Origin: Candidatus Dadabacteria bacterium
GTDB lineage: Bacteria; Desulfobacterota_D; UBA1144; Nemesobacterales; Nemesobacteraceae
Assembly: GCA_028823955.1 (NCBI GenBank)
Contig: JAPPFE010000016.1
Location: 12,497 to 76,496, forward strand
Reading direction: 5' to 3'
DNA: 64,000 bases
The position numbers were made by a program, and so were the translations under genes. The notes beneath the pieces were generated by a model. It made no database searches and had not been told where the DNA came from. It saw nothing but the letters and a program-made list of their open reading frames with translations. Of the stretch, positions 45,413-53,544 are shown piece by piece (position 1 is the first letter of the stretch; the number at the start of each line of letters is the position of its first letter).

Positions 45413-48400
45413 ATGGCGGACCGGTCGGACACAAACAGAACGCGGGCATCCATGGCTCACCTTTTAGGTGAGGCATCGAGGAACCTTGCGCGTTTTCTGG
45501 AAAAGGTACTGCCAGGCCTTTTTGACAATTGGTGGGACGAGGCTGTCGTCAACATTCTTTCATTTCAGCAGCGGCGTCGGGTCAAAGAATGCGATATCAA
45601 TTCCTTGGCATCTTTGGATCTCGCTGCGCTGCTTCGTGTGCTTGATCAGAACTGGTATCAGATATCAACGAAACTGGAGTTGACGTCAGAGGCACGCCAC
45701 TTTGTTAAAGAGATGCAGACAGTTCGAAACAGATGGGCGCATGCGGGCAGTGAGGGATTCCCCGTAGACGACGTATACCGGGACCTGGATACGTTACAGC
45801 GCTTCGCTGTTGTCGTTGAGGCTAATGAAAGCCTGCTCGACGAAGTGCGCGAGACAAAGGCGTCCTTGCTTTCCAAGGACCGTCTTGGCCCTGATCAAGA
45901 TGATGCTGTTGTGGAAAGTCCATCTCTGGAGGCACCGGGGTCTGATACGGAATTTACGCCCGGTCAGATCGTTCATCTCAAATCAAATCCAGCCATGCGT
46001 GGTGCCGTCGTTTCCTCAATGCTAGGCAAACCGGAGAACCGATTCCTAGTGTTCATGGACGGCGAAACGCATACCTACTATGCATCACAGCTAAAAGCGG
46101 AAGACCAACCGGAGGACGAATCGCGGTTCTTGCCCTGCGATGAATTCCATTCATACCTCACCGCTTTGCAGATTCGATATCCAGGACTTTCAACGCTTTA
46201 TTCTTTGAATGCCGCCCGTGTGGATTTCATCCCATATCAATTCCGCCCCGTCTTGAGATTCATCCGATCAGATCGTCCCCGATTACTGGTTGCTGACGGT
46301 GTTGGCGTCGGCAAGACCATTGAGGCTGGTTTGATTCTCCGAGAGCTGCAGGCCAGGCGCGACATACGATCCATCTTAATCATTTGTCCCCGACCGCTTG
46401 TTACCGAACGCAAATGGCAAATTGAGATGAAGCGGTTTGAGGAGCGTTTTGTTCATCTGGATGGCCCAACACTGAGGTACTGCATCAACGAAATGGATCT
46501 GGAAGGGTTTTGGCCAGAGCAGCACCAACGAATTATCATCCCATATTCCCTGTTCGATGAAGCGCTTTTATATGGTTCGGACGGCAGGCGAAAACGCAAA
46601 AAAGGCCTGCTGGACTTGGATCCGCCCCCTCGGTTTGATTTGGTCATCGTAGACGAAGCTCATCATATACGGAACCAGGATACGTTCAGTCACAAGGCGG
46701 TGCGATTTTTCTGTGACCATGCGGAAGCCGTGATCTTTCTGACCGCGACTCCCATTCAACTCGACAATCATGACCTGTTCGTCTTGCTGAACACCCTTCG
46801 CCCCGACCTGATTCTCGATCAAGAGAGCTTCGAGCACATGTCAGAGCCGAATCCGTTCATTAATCAAGCGGTAGCCTTGGCCCGTGCCCAAGAGCCGGAA
46901 TGGGCCATCAAAGCCAAGGAGGCTCTGGACAACGCGGCGGGAACGTCTTGGGGGCAGTCAATTCTCAGGCACAATCCAGAGTTCAATCGTATAAATGCAT
47001 GGCTCGCCGACGGCAAAATCGGTTCGGAAGAGCGCGTGCAGCTGATAACCGCTCTCGAGGCTCTGCATACGTTTTCAGGGATAATCAACCGAACGCGCCG
47101 CCGCGATATTGGAGAGTTTACGGTACGCAAGCCCGAAACCGTCGTTGTTGAATTTACTTCGAATCAGAAAGATCTGCATGACGAGTTGCTTCAGGTGCAG
47201 GCAGAGATATTCAGCAGGCTTCACGGGGATGTCAATGTCAAGTTCATGATGACAACCATTCGCAGGCAGGCGGCCAGTTGTCCTTTTGGACTTGTACCCT
47301 TCCTCGAGGAAATACTGAGCCGCCACCTTGATGAATTGTCATGGGAAGAAGCGGACAACACCGAGTTTGTCCCCAAAAGCGACGCTGTTGACAGCATTGA
47401 ATCACGTATCCAGGCAATCCTTGGAAAGGCTCGTGACCTCGATCCATACGATCCGAAACTGGACGCTCTCCGCAATATCATCCGGGACAAGCAAAAGCTA
47501 CCCAATAACAAGGTGATGCTTTTCAGCAGCTTCCGTCACACGCTTCACTATCTCTATGAACATCTCAAGGCGGATGGATTTAGGGTTGGACTTGTTCACG
47601 GCGGAACACCTGATGAGGACCGGGTCGGGCTTCGGAATCGCTTTGAATTGCCGCCAAATCAGGATGACGGCCTCGACATTTTATTGTTTTCAGAGATTGG
47701 CTGCGAAGGTCTGGACTACCAGTTCTGTGATTGCATCGTCAATTACGACCTGCCATGGAACCCCATGCGGGTGGAACAGAGGATTGGCCGCATAGATCGG
47801 AATGGACAGAAGAGCGAGAGTGTCGCCATTTTCAATTTGATCACGCCGGGCACCGTCGATGCGGATATCTACGAGCGGTGCTTGGTGCGGATTGGTGTGT
47901 TCAACAGCGCCCTCGGTGGCAGCGAGGAGATACTCGGGGAGATCACCAAGGAGATTCGCAGCATCGCGGAAAATTTCTCCTTGAACGAAACAGAACGCGG
48001 AGAGCAGCTTCAACAACTGGCGGACAACAAAATCAGGCTGATACAGGAACAGGACGAACTTGAACAGAAACAACTCGAACTGTTCGGCATCCGTCTGCCC
48101 CAAGATCAGATGAAGCGGGAAATCGAGCAAGCATCGAGCTACTGGCTGTCTCCTGTATCGATACGAAGGCTTATTACGATTTACCTTCAGCGCACTTGTG
48201 GCAGGGATCAGGAATTCATACTTGGCGAAAAAGCGCTTAAAACGTTGCGTCTGTCCCAAGAAGCCAGAAACAATCTGTTGCGAGATTTCCGGAGTATCCC
48301 ACGTCAGAACACGACCGTTTATCGCGAATGGGAAAACTGGCTCAAAGGGGGGGACCCGCATCTCCTTATTACATTCGACTCCGAGTGCGCTTCGCAACAC

Positions 48401-49012
48401 CCCGAAGCGGTCTTCATAATGCCCTTTCATCCTTTTGTAAAACAGGCGGCCGCGACCTTCGATACAAAAAGGCGGGTCATGACGGTTTTGCAGTACAAAA
48501 GCAATAAAGTCCCCAAAGGCAGCTATGAATTCGCGGTCTATCAGTGGCAGTTCCACGGCGTTAGGGAGGACTTGGTTCTACAGCCGGTTGCTTCGAATGA
48601 TGTTGTAACCAAGCACATCTCCAGTCTTCTTGAGGGGGCAGAAAGCATAACAACGGAAAGAGTCGATACCCCAGATCCGGATACATGGAACGGTCTGGAT
48701 GCTCAGCATCATAAGATGTGGTCTGAGGCGCGCATCCGGCATCAGCGTAGAACCCAGGAGCTGGCGGAGTACCGGAGGGAAAGTCTTACAACAAGCCACA
48801 GAGCACGAATTGCTCTCTTGGAGGAACAACTCGAGCAGGCAACAAATGAAAGAATCCAGAAGATGCGACGTTCTCAGATAGCCGCGGCGGAGGCCGACTA
48901 TGCGCGACGCATTCAGGAGTTGGATATAGCGATGGAGAGAGCTGAGGTAACCGCCGGGCCCGTAGCTTATGGTGTCATTCAAGTCGATGAGGGCTCGACC
49001 AATGCCGAGTGA
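45413..49012 (+). CDS. 1199-aa fusion: N-terminal Swt1-like HEPN domain plus SNF2-family (SF2) helicase/ATPase plus a C-terminal domain of unknown function with coiled-coil
   Basis: HEPN R-x4-H motif in VRNRWAHAG. SNF2_N Walker A (ADGVGVGKT) and DEAH box (DEAHHIRN...LTATPIQ). Helicase_C motifs (LLFSEIGCEGLDYQ, QRIGRIDRNGQ). Starts 3 nt after the mrr stop. Confidence 0.75.
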   Translation: MADRSDTNRTRASMAHLLGEASRNLARFLEKVLPGLFDNWWDEAVVNILSFQQRRRVKECDINSLASLDLAALLRVLDQNWYQISTKLELTSEARHFVKEMQTVRNRWAHAGSEGFPVDDVYRDLDTLQRFAVVVEANESLLDEVRETKASLLSKDRLGPDQDDAVVESPSLEAPGSDTEFTPGQIVHLKSNPAMRGAVVSSMLGKPENRFLVFMDGETHTYYASQLKAEDQPEDESRFLPCDEFHSYLTALQIRYPGLSTLYSLNAARVDFIPYQFRPVLRFIRSDRPRLLVADGVGVGKTIEAGLILRELQARRDIRSILIICPRPLVTERKWQIEMKRFEERFVHLDGPTLRYCINEMDLEGFWPEQHQRIIIPYSLFDEALLYGSDGRRKRKKGLLDLDPPPRFDLVIVDEAHHIRNQDTFSHKAVRFFCDHAEAVIFLTATPIQLDNHDLFVLLNTLRPDLILDQESFEHMSEPNPFINQAVALARAQEPEWAIKAKEALDNAAGTSWGQSILRHNPEFNRINAWLADGKIGSEERVQLITALEALHTFSGIINRTRRRDIGEFTVRKPETVVVEFTSNQKDLHDELLQVQAEIFSRLHGDVNVKFMMTTIRRQAASCPFGLVPFLEEILSRHLDELSWEEADNTEFVPKSDAVDSIESRIQAILGKARDLDPYDPKLDALRNIIRDKQKLPNNKVMLFSSFRHTLHYLYEHLKADGFRVGLVHGGTPDEDRVGLRNRFELPPNQDDGLDILLFSEIGCEGLDYQFCDCIVNYDLPWNPMRVEQRIGRIDRNGQKSESVAIFNLITPGTVDADIYERCLVRIGVFNSALGGSEEILGEITKEIRSIAENFSLNETERGEQLQQLADNKIRLIQEQDELEQKQLELFGIRLPQDQMKREIEQASSYWLSPVSIRRLITIYLQRTCGRDQEFILGEKALKTLRLSQEARNNLLRDFRSIPRQNTTVYREWENWLKGGDPHLLITFDSECASQHPEAVFIMPFHPFVKQAAATFDTKRRVMTVLQYKSNKVPKGSYEFAVYQWQFHGVREDLVLQPVASNDVVTKHISSLLEGAESITTERVDTPDPDTWNGLDAQHHKMWSEARIRHQRRTQELAEYRRESLTTSHRARIALLEEQLEQATNERIQKMRRSQIAAAEADYARRIQELDIAMERAEVTAGPVAYGVIQVDEGSTNAE

Positions 49013-52004
49013 TTATGATCAAATCAGAGCGGACAATATCCGGGAATACGGTGAGGGAACCCGCCATCTATCTCTTCTTGAGCGTTTATATACGGACCGG
49101 ACGCATTTTATTTTCGAGCTGTTGCAGAACGCTGAAGACGCTGGGGCGACAAGAATTCTGTTTGAGCTTTCCGAAGAAATGCTTGAAGTCAAGCATGATG
49201 GCCGCCCCTTTAACGAGCTCGATGTGAGGGGTGTTTGTGGGGTCGGAGAAGGCGAAAAAGCTGAAGACCTGACACAAATCGGAAAATTTGGGATTGGATT
49301 TAAGTCGGTTTATGCCTACACATCCTCTCCCGAGGTTCATTCTGGGGACGAGCATTTTCGCATTGAGCATTATGTGCGTCCCTGTCCCGCTGATCCCAAA
49401 GAAGCCGGTGACTCTTGGACCACTCTTTTCTGCTTCTCGTTTGATGTACCGACGATGGAGGCTGAAACGGCTTTCAGTGAAATCGCTGCCCGGCTGCGCA
49501 ACCTGAGTGCTAGGACCCTTCTGTTTCTTCGAAGAATCAAGGAAATCGAATACAAGCTTCCCGACGAATCAAGTGGTGTATATCTGCGTGAAGAAATGCC
49601 CCGCGGTCCTGCCAGACAAGTGACCGTGATCGGGCAAAATAACGGTGAAGATGAGGATGAGAACTGGCTTGTCTTTGAGAAGCCGGTTTCCATCCCAAAT
49701 AGCGACTACCCGGTGAAGGTTGAAGTGGCCTTTAAGCTCGAGACGGACACGAAAGAAAAGACCGAGTGGATAACTCGTATCAAGGATGCACCCTTAGTGG
49801 TGTATTTCCCAACAGAAAAGCCAACTCGCTTTGGATTTCTCATTCAGGGCCCGTACAGAACTACACCGTCCCGAGACAATATTCCCAAGGATGACGATTG
49901 GAATACAAACCTTGTTGAGGAGACGGCCAGCCTGCTCGTGGATGCGTTGATAAATCTAAGAACAATGGGGTTGCTGACAGTATCTTTACTCGAATCAATG
50001 CCTATCCGAATGGATGATTTTCCTAAAGGAAGCATGTTTTTTCCCATAACCGAATCTGTCCGCGCTGCCTTTCTTGAACATGAATTGCTGCCTGCGGACG
50101 ACGGAACTTTCGCGAACGCAAAAGACGCCAAGCTCGCCCGTGGTGGGGATTTGAGGAAGCTCCTTGGCCAGGAGCAACTCCGCTCCCTATTTCAATCCGG
50201 CGGTCAGGTTAAATGGTTGGTTGGGACAATCACTCGGGACCGAAAGCCGGACTTGCGAACGTATCTGATGAGTGAGCTTGGTGTGGAGGAGATCACGCCC
50301 GATGGATTTGCCCGAAAGCTCTCAGGGACATTTTTGAAAGTTCAACCAGATGACTGGATGACTTTAATGTACGGGTATGTTGGTGATGAAAAAGCTCTCT
50401 GGCAGACGGGAAGCGGATACTGGAATCCTCCAGGCCCGTTACGTTCTAGACCGATTATTCGTCTTCAAGATGGTTCACAAGTTATACCGTTCCGGGAGGA
50501 TGGATCTCCAAATGCATACTTGTCGGATGGCAATCACACTGAGACTTCCCTGCCAGTCGTAAAGGCAGATCTCTGCCGGCACAAGGAGACCCAACAGTTT
50601 TTAAGGGCCCTGGGTATCCCCGAGTTGGATCTCGTGGAAGAAGTCATTGAAAAGGTCCTGCCAAAATATGCAAGCGACGATTCAGTAGTTGCTATTGAAG
50701 AGCACCAACGCGATATCATTGTAATTGAAAAGGCTTACGGCACGGATTCCCAAGAAAAGAAGAGTCGCCTCCGTGATCGGCTATGTGAAACGCCTTTCGT
50801 GCGTGCAGAGAGTCAAGATGTCGAAGAGCCTATGTACCGGAAGCCGTGCGAGCTTTATTTCGGAAGCAATGAACTGCGATTGTATTTTTCTGGAAACAAC
50901 GCGATTGGATTCGTCAACACTGAATACCCTGAATCCGTTAGATCGCTGTTTGAGGATTTTGGGGTAGTGGATTCTGTACGGGTTTCCCGGAAGGGACAAA
51001 ACGGGCAAGGGCATGTTGTTCTTAAAGATCATCATGGTTGGCATGAAAGGGGTCTTGATGGTTTTGATCCAGACATTTTTGTTGAGGGGTTAGAAATCGC
51101 GTTGGCTTCACCAACGCTGGAGAAAAGTCAATTCATCTGGAATAACATTGCTGTTCGACATTTTTCATGCATTCGTGGTGTGGTCGAGTCGTGTCCGCGA
51201 CAAACTTATGAGGGCAGCACCGAGGAAGATCGAATATCAGAATTTGGACGTTTGCTTATAGAAAATACTTGGCTGCCGTTTTCAGATGGAAGCCTGAAGA
51301 AACCGGGGGAACTCACACTCGATGATCTTCCCGACTCCTTCATAAGAGACGAAAAGCTGGCCCAGCAACTCGGGATGAAGCTGGATCTTATTGCTAAACT
51401 CGCGGAAGAAACAGGCGTAACTGCTGAGGATATCGAACTGCTTAAACTTCATCCGACAGAGTTCCAGCAATGGAAAGCGGCAATATCAGCCGCTAAGGAA
51501 AAACCGGCATTCCCCGAGAGGGCTTCTTCGGACCCGGAGCGCAGACGAGAGAAACTTACTGAGCAACTTGGCGACTCTCCCACCAAGAAATACGAGCAAC
51601 GGGACAGAAGTGTTCGGACAACAAGAAGTGCAATTGATCCGGTTCTGTGGCTCAGGAATCAATACAAGAATGATGCTGGACAGATGATATGCCAGATATG
51701 CAAAGAGGAGATGCCTTTTAGGAAGCGTGATGGGGAATACTATTTCGAAGCTGTTGAGGCTCTTACCAAAGATCATTTCACAATAGAACATGAAGCACAA
51801 TTCTTGGCTTTGTGTCCTTTGTGCTCAGCAATGTACAAAGAATTCATTAAGCCTGATGAAGAGGCTATGGTGGAATTGAAACACGTAATAAGGAACACGG
51901 ATGAGTGCGAAGTTCCTCTGCGTCTCGGGGGACTGAATACAAGCATTCGATTTGTCGAAGCCCACTTTCAGGATATCAGGACCATACTTGAGGAGCAGGA
52001 ATGA
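49002..52004 (+). CDS. 1011-aa protein: N-terminal sacsin/Hsp90-like GHKL ATPase, large middle region, and a C-terminal Cys4 HNH/zinc-ribbon-like module
   Basis: Bergerat-fold motifs ELLQNAEDAGAT (N box), HDGRPF (G1) and GKFGIGFKSVY (G2). C-terminal CQIC...H..IEHE...CPLC. Its start overlaps the upstream gene's stop (ATGCCGAGTGA). Confidence 0.7.
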   Translation: MPSDYDQIRADNIREYGEGTRHLSLLERLYTDRTHFIFELLQNAEDAGATRILFELSEEMLEVKHDGRPFNELDVRGVCGVGEGEKAEDLTQIGKFGIGFKSVYAYTSSPEVHSGDEHFRIEHYVRPCPADPKEAGDSWTTLFCFSFDVPTMEAETAFSEIAARLRNLSARTLLFLRRIKEIEYKLPDESSGVYLREEMPRGPARQVTVIGQNNGEDEDENWLVFEKPVSIPNSDYPVKVEVAFKLETDTKEKTEWITRIKDAPLVVYFPTEKPTRFGFLIQGPYRTTPSRDNIPKDDDWNTNLVEETASLLVDALINLRTMGLLTVSLLESMPIRMDDFPKGSMFFPITESVRAAFLEHELLPADDGTFANAKDAKLARGGDLRKLLGQEQLRSLFQSGGQVKWLVGTITRDRKPDLRTYLMSELGVEEITPDGFARKLSGTFLKVQPDDWMTLMYGYVGDEKALWQTGSGYWNPPGPLRSRPIIRLQDGSQVIPFREDGSPNAYLSDGNHTETSLPVVKADLCRHKETQQFLRALGIPELDLVEEVIEKVLPKYASDDSVVAIEEHQRDIIVIEKAYGTDSQEKKSRLRDRLCETPFVRAESQDVEEPMYRKPCELYFGSNELRLYFSGNNAIGFVNTEYPESVRSLFEDFGVVDSVRVSRKGQNGQGHVVLKDHHGWHERGLDGFDPDIFVEGLEIALASPTLEKSQFIWNNIAVRHFSCIRGVVESCPRQTYEGSTEEDRISEFGRLLIENTWLPFSDGSLKKPGELTLDDLPDSFIRDEKLAQQLGMKLDLIAKLAEETGVTAEDIELLKLHPTEFQQWKAAISAAKEKPAFPERASSDPERRREKLTEQLGDSPTKKYEQRDRSVRTTRSAIDPVLWLRNQYKNDAGQMICQICKEEMPFRKRDGEYYFEAVEALTKDHFTIEHEAQFLALCPLCSAMYKEFIKPDEEAMVELKHVIRNTDECEVPLRLGGLNTSIRFVEAHFQDIRTILEEQE

Positions 52005-52293
52005 GATCGAAAGTAAGTCACAGAAAGCATTTATTGGGCGTGTGCGGTAACAATTCCACAACGTGGGCTTCATTAAGGGCAAGGCAGTGGTTCTGACAGG
52101 GACGTCTTCACAGCAGGGCGAGTCATGATGTTTGCAAAGAGACACATCTCGATTCGCGTTCCATGGCATGACACAGGATGGGACGGTTGCGTTTGTGCTA
52201 ATCCCCTCCTCAACGGGTCATGTCTCAAACTCAAGCGGATTGGGCAAGAGAGGGATGACGCGGTTGAAGAAGCGGTCGTTGGCCGTTCCTTCC

Positions 52294-53487
52294 CTAAAAA
52301 TCTATTTCATGCAGTTTATGCCAAGGCACGATATCCCCGTCCGTCCGTTGCTGAAGTTGTTTTCCTCCATAGGCTATGACTATATTGCACGGACGGGATA
52401 ATTCGGTTAGGTGCTGGCGGACGCGTCGTACACCGCTGAACAGCCTCGAAGATACTGTTGCCGTGGACTTGGCGTCGACAAGCGTAATGCGGGACGGATC
52501 CTCGATGATAATATCTACCTCGGCTCCATTACGGTCGCGGTAAAATGAGAGACCCCCGGTCTTGCCACTGTTGCTTCGGTGTTTTGTTATCTCCGAGACT
52601 ACCCAGGTTTCGAAAATCGGGCCGCGAAGCGGATGAGAGTTTAACTGTTCGGGTGTCCGGATACCCAGGAGCCAACAGACTAGCCCTGTGTCGTAGAAAT
52701 GCAGCTTCGGCATCTTTACGAGTCTCTTGCGCAGGTTCGAGTGAAAAGTCGGAAGGCGGAAAACGATAAAGCTCGTCTCAAGTATGTTAATCCAGGATTT
52801 CGCACTCGGCTGCGATATGCCGCAGTCATCAGCCAGTGAGGAATAGTTGAGCAACTGCGCCGTACGCCCGGCACACAGTTGGACAAACCGTTGGAATGTA
52901 GCTATATCAGCTACGTTGCTTACTGTTCGCACATCGCGTTCCACGTAAGTGGTGACATAAGAGCGAAACCAGTCGGACGGATCAAGATCAAGATCGAATA
53001 TACGTGGGTATCCGCCGGCAAAAAGGGTCTCCTCAAGACTCGGGGGATGTCTGTCGAATCGCGTAATCTCGTTGCGCGCGAGAGGAAACAGGTTATATAC
53101 TGCTGTCCTCCCGGCTAAAGACTGGCTGACCGATTTGAGTAGAGAAAAGTTCTGTGACCCCGTAAGTATCCAGCGCCCCGGCGCAGGATCTTCGTCGATT
53201 ATGCCCTGCAGGTAGGAGAGAAGATCAGGCGCACGCTGCACCTCGTCGATTACGCAGCCTTTTGGAAATTGAGCCAGAAACCCTCTGGGATCCTCAGTTG
53301 CGAAAGCCCGTATGTCCGGAGCCTCAAGGCTTGCGTACGGATGGTGAGCGAACAAGGCCCTGCATAATGTTGTCTTACCGCTTTGCCGGGGTCCCGTAAG
53401 CGTGATGGAGGGAAACTTCCGCGCTGCTTCGATAAGCCTTGGTGCTAGGTTGCGATTGATCATAACCAGTCGCAGTCTAACTGACAA
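52294..53487 (-). CDS. AAA-superfamily ATPase with a C-terminal DUF4143 domain
   Basis: Walker A GPRQSGKTT and Walker B VIDEVQ, with the AAA_14 + DUF4143 architecture. GC-rich like the island. Confidence 0.7.
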   Translation of the reverse strand: MSVRLRLVMINRNLAPRLIEAARKFPSITLTGPRQSGKTTLCRALFAHHPYASLEAPDIRAFATEDPRGFLAQFPKGCVIDEVQRAPDLLSYLQGIIDEDPAPGRWILTGSQNFSLLKSVSQSLAGRTAVYNLFPLARNEITRFDRHPPSLEETLFAGGYPRIFDLDLDPSDWFRSYVTTYVERDVRTVSNVADIATFQRFVQLCAGRTAQLLNYSSLADDCGISQPSAKSWINILETSFIVFRLPTFHSNLRKRLVKMPKLHFYDTGLVCWLLGIRTPEQLNSHPLRGPIFETWVVSEITKHRSNSGKTGGLSFYRDRNGAEVDIIIEDPSRITLVDAKSTATVSSRLFSGVRRVRQHLTELSRPCNIVIAYGGKQLQQRTDGDIVPWHKLHEIDF

Positions 53488-53488
53488 T

Positions 53489-53525
53489 CTAGGCTATTTC
53501 AAATTCTTTTTTTGAAATAGCCTAG
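53489..53525. promoter_or_regulatory. Perfect 15-bp inverted repeat with a 7-nt T-rich loop (CTAGGCTATTTCAAA-ttctttt-TTTGAAATAGCCTAG). It is either an operator or a bidirectional terminator hairpin.
   Basis: I verified base by base that the two arms are exact reverse complements. It lies between the start of the DUF4143 ATPase gene and the end of the small gene at 53545-53892. Confidence 0.35.
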
Positions 53526-53544
53526 ATCCTGCTTCGGGAGTTCT

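Noticed and set aside
52335-52405. Roughly 13-bp inverted repeat (TATCCCCGTCCGTCC ... GGACGGGATA) with a roughly 40-nt spacer
   Set aside because: It lies inside the coding region of the DUF4143 ATPase gene, so it is probably coincidental or protein-coding constraint and not a regulatory hairpin.
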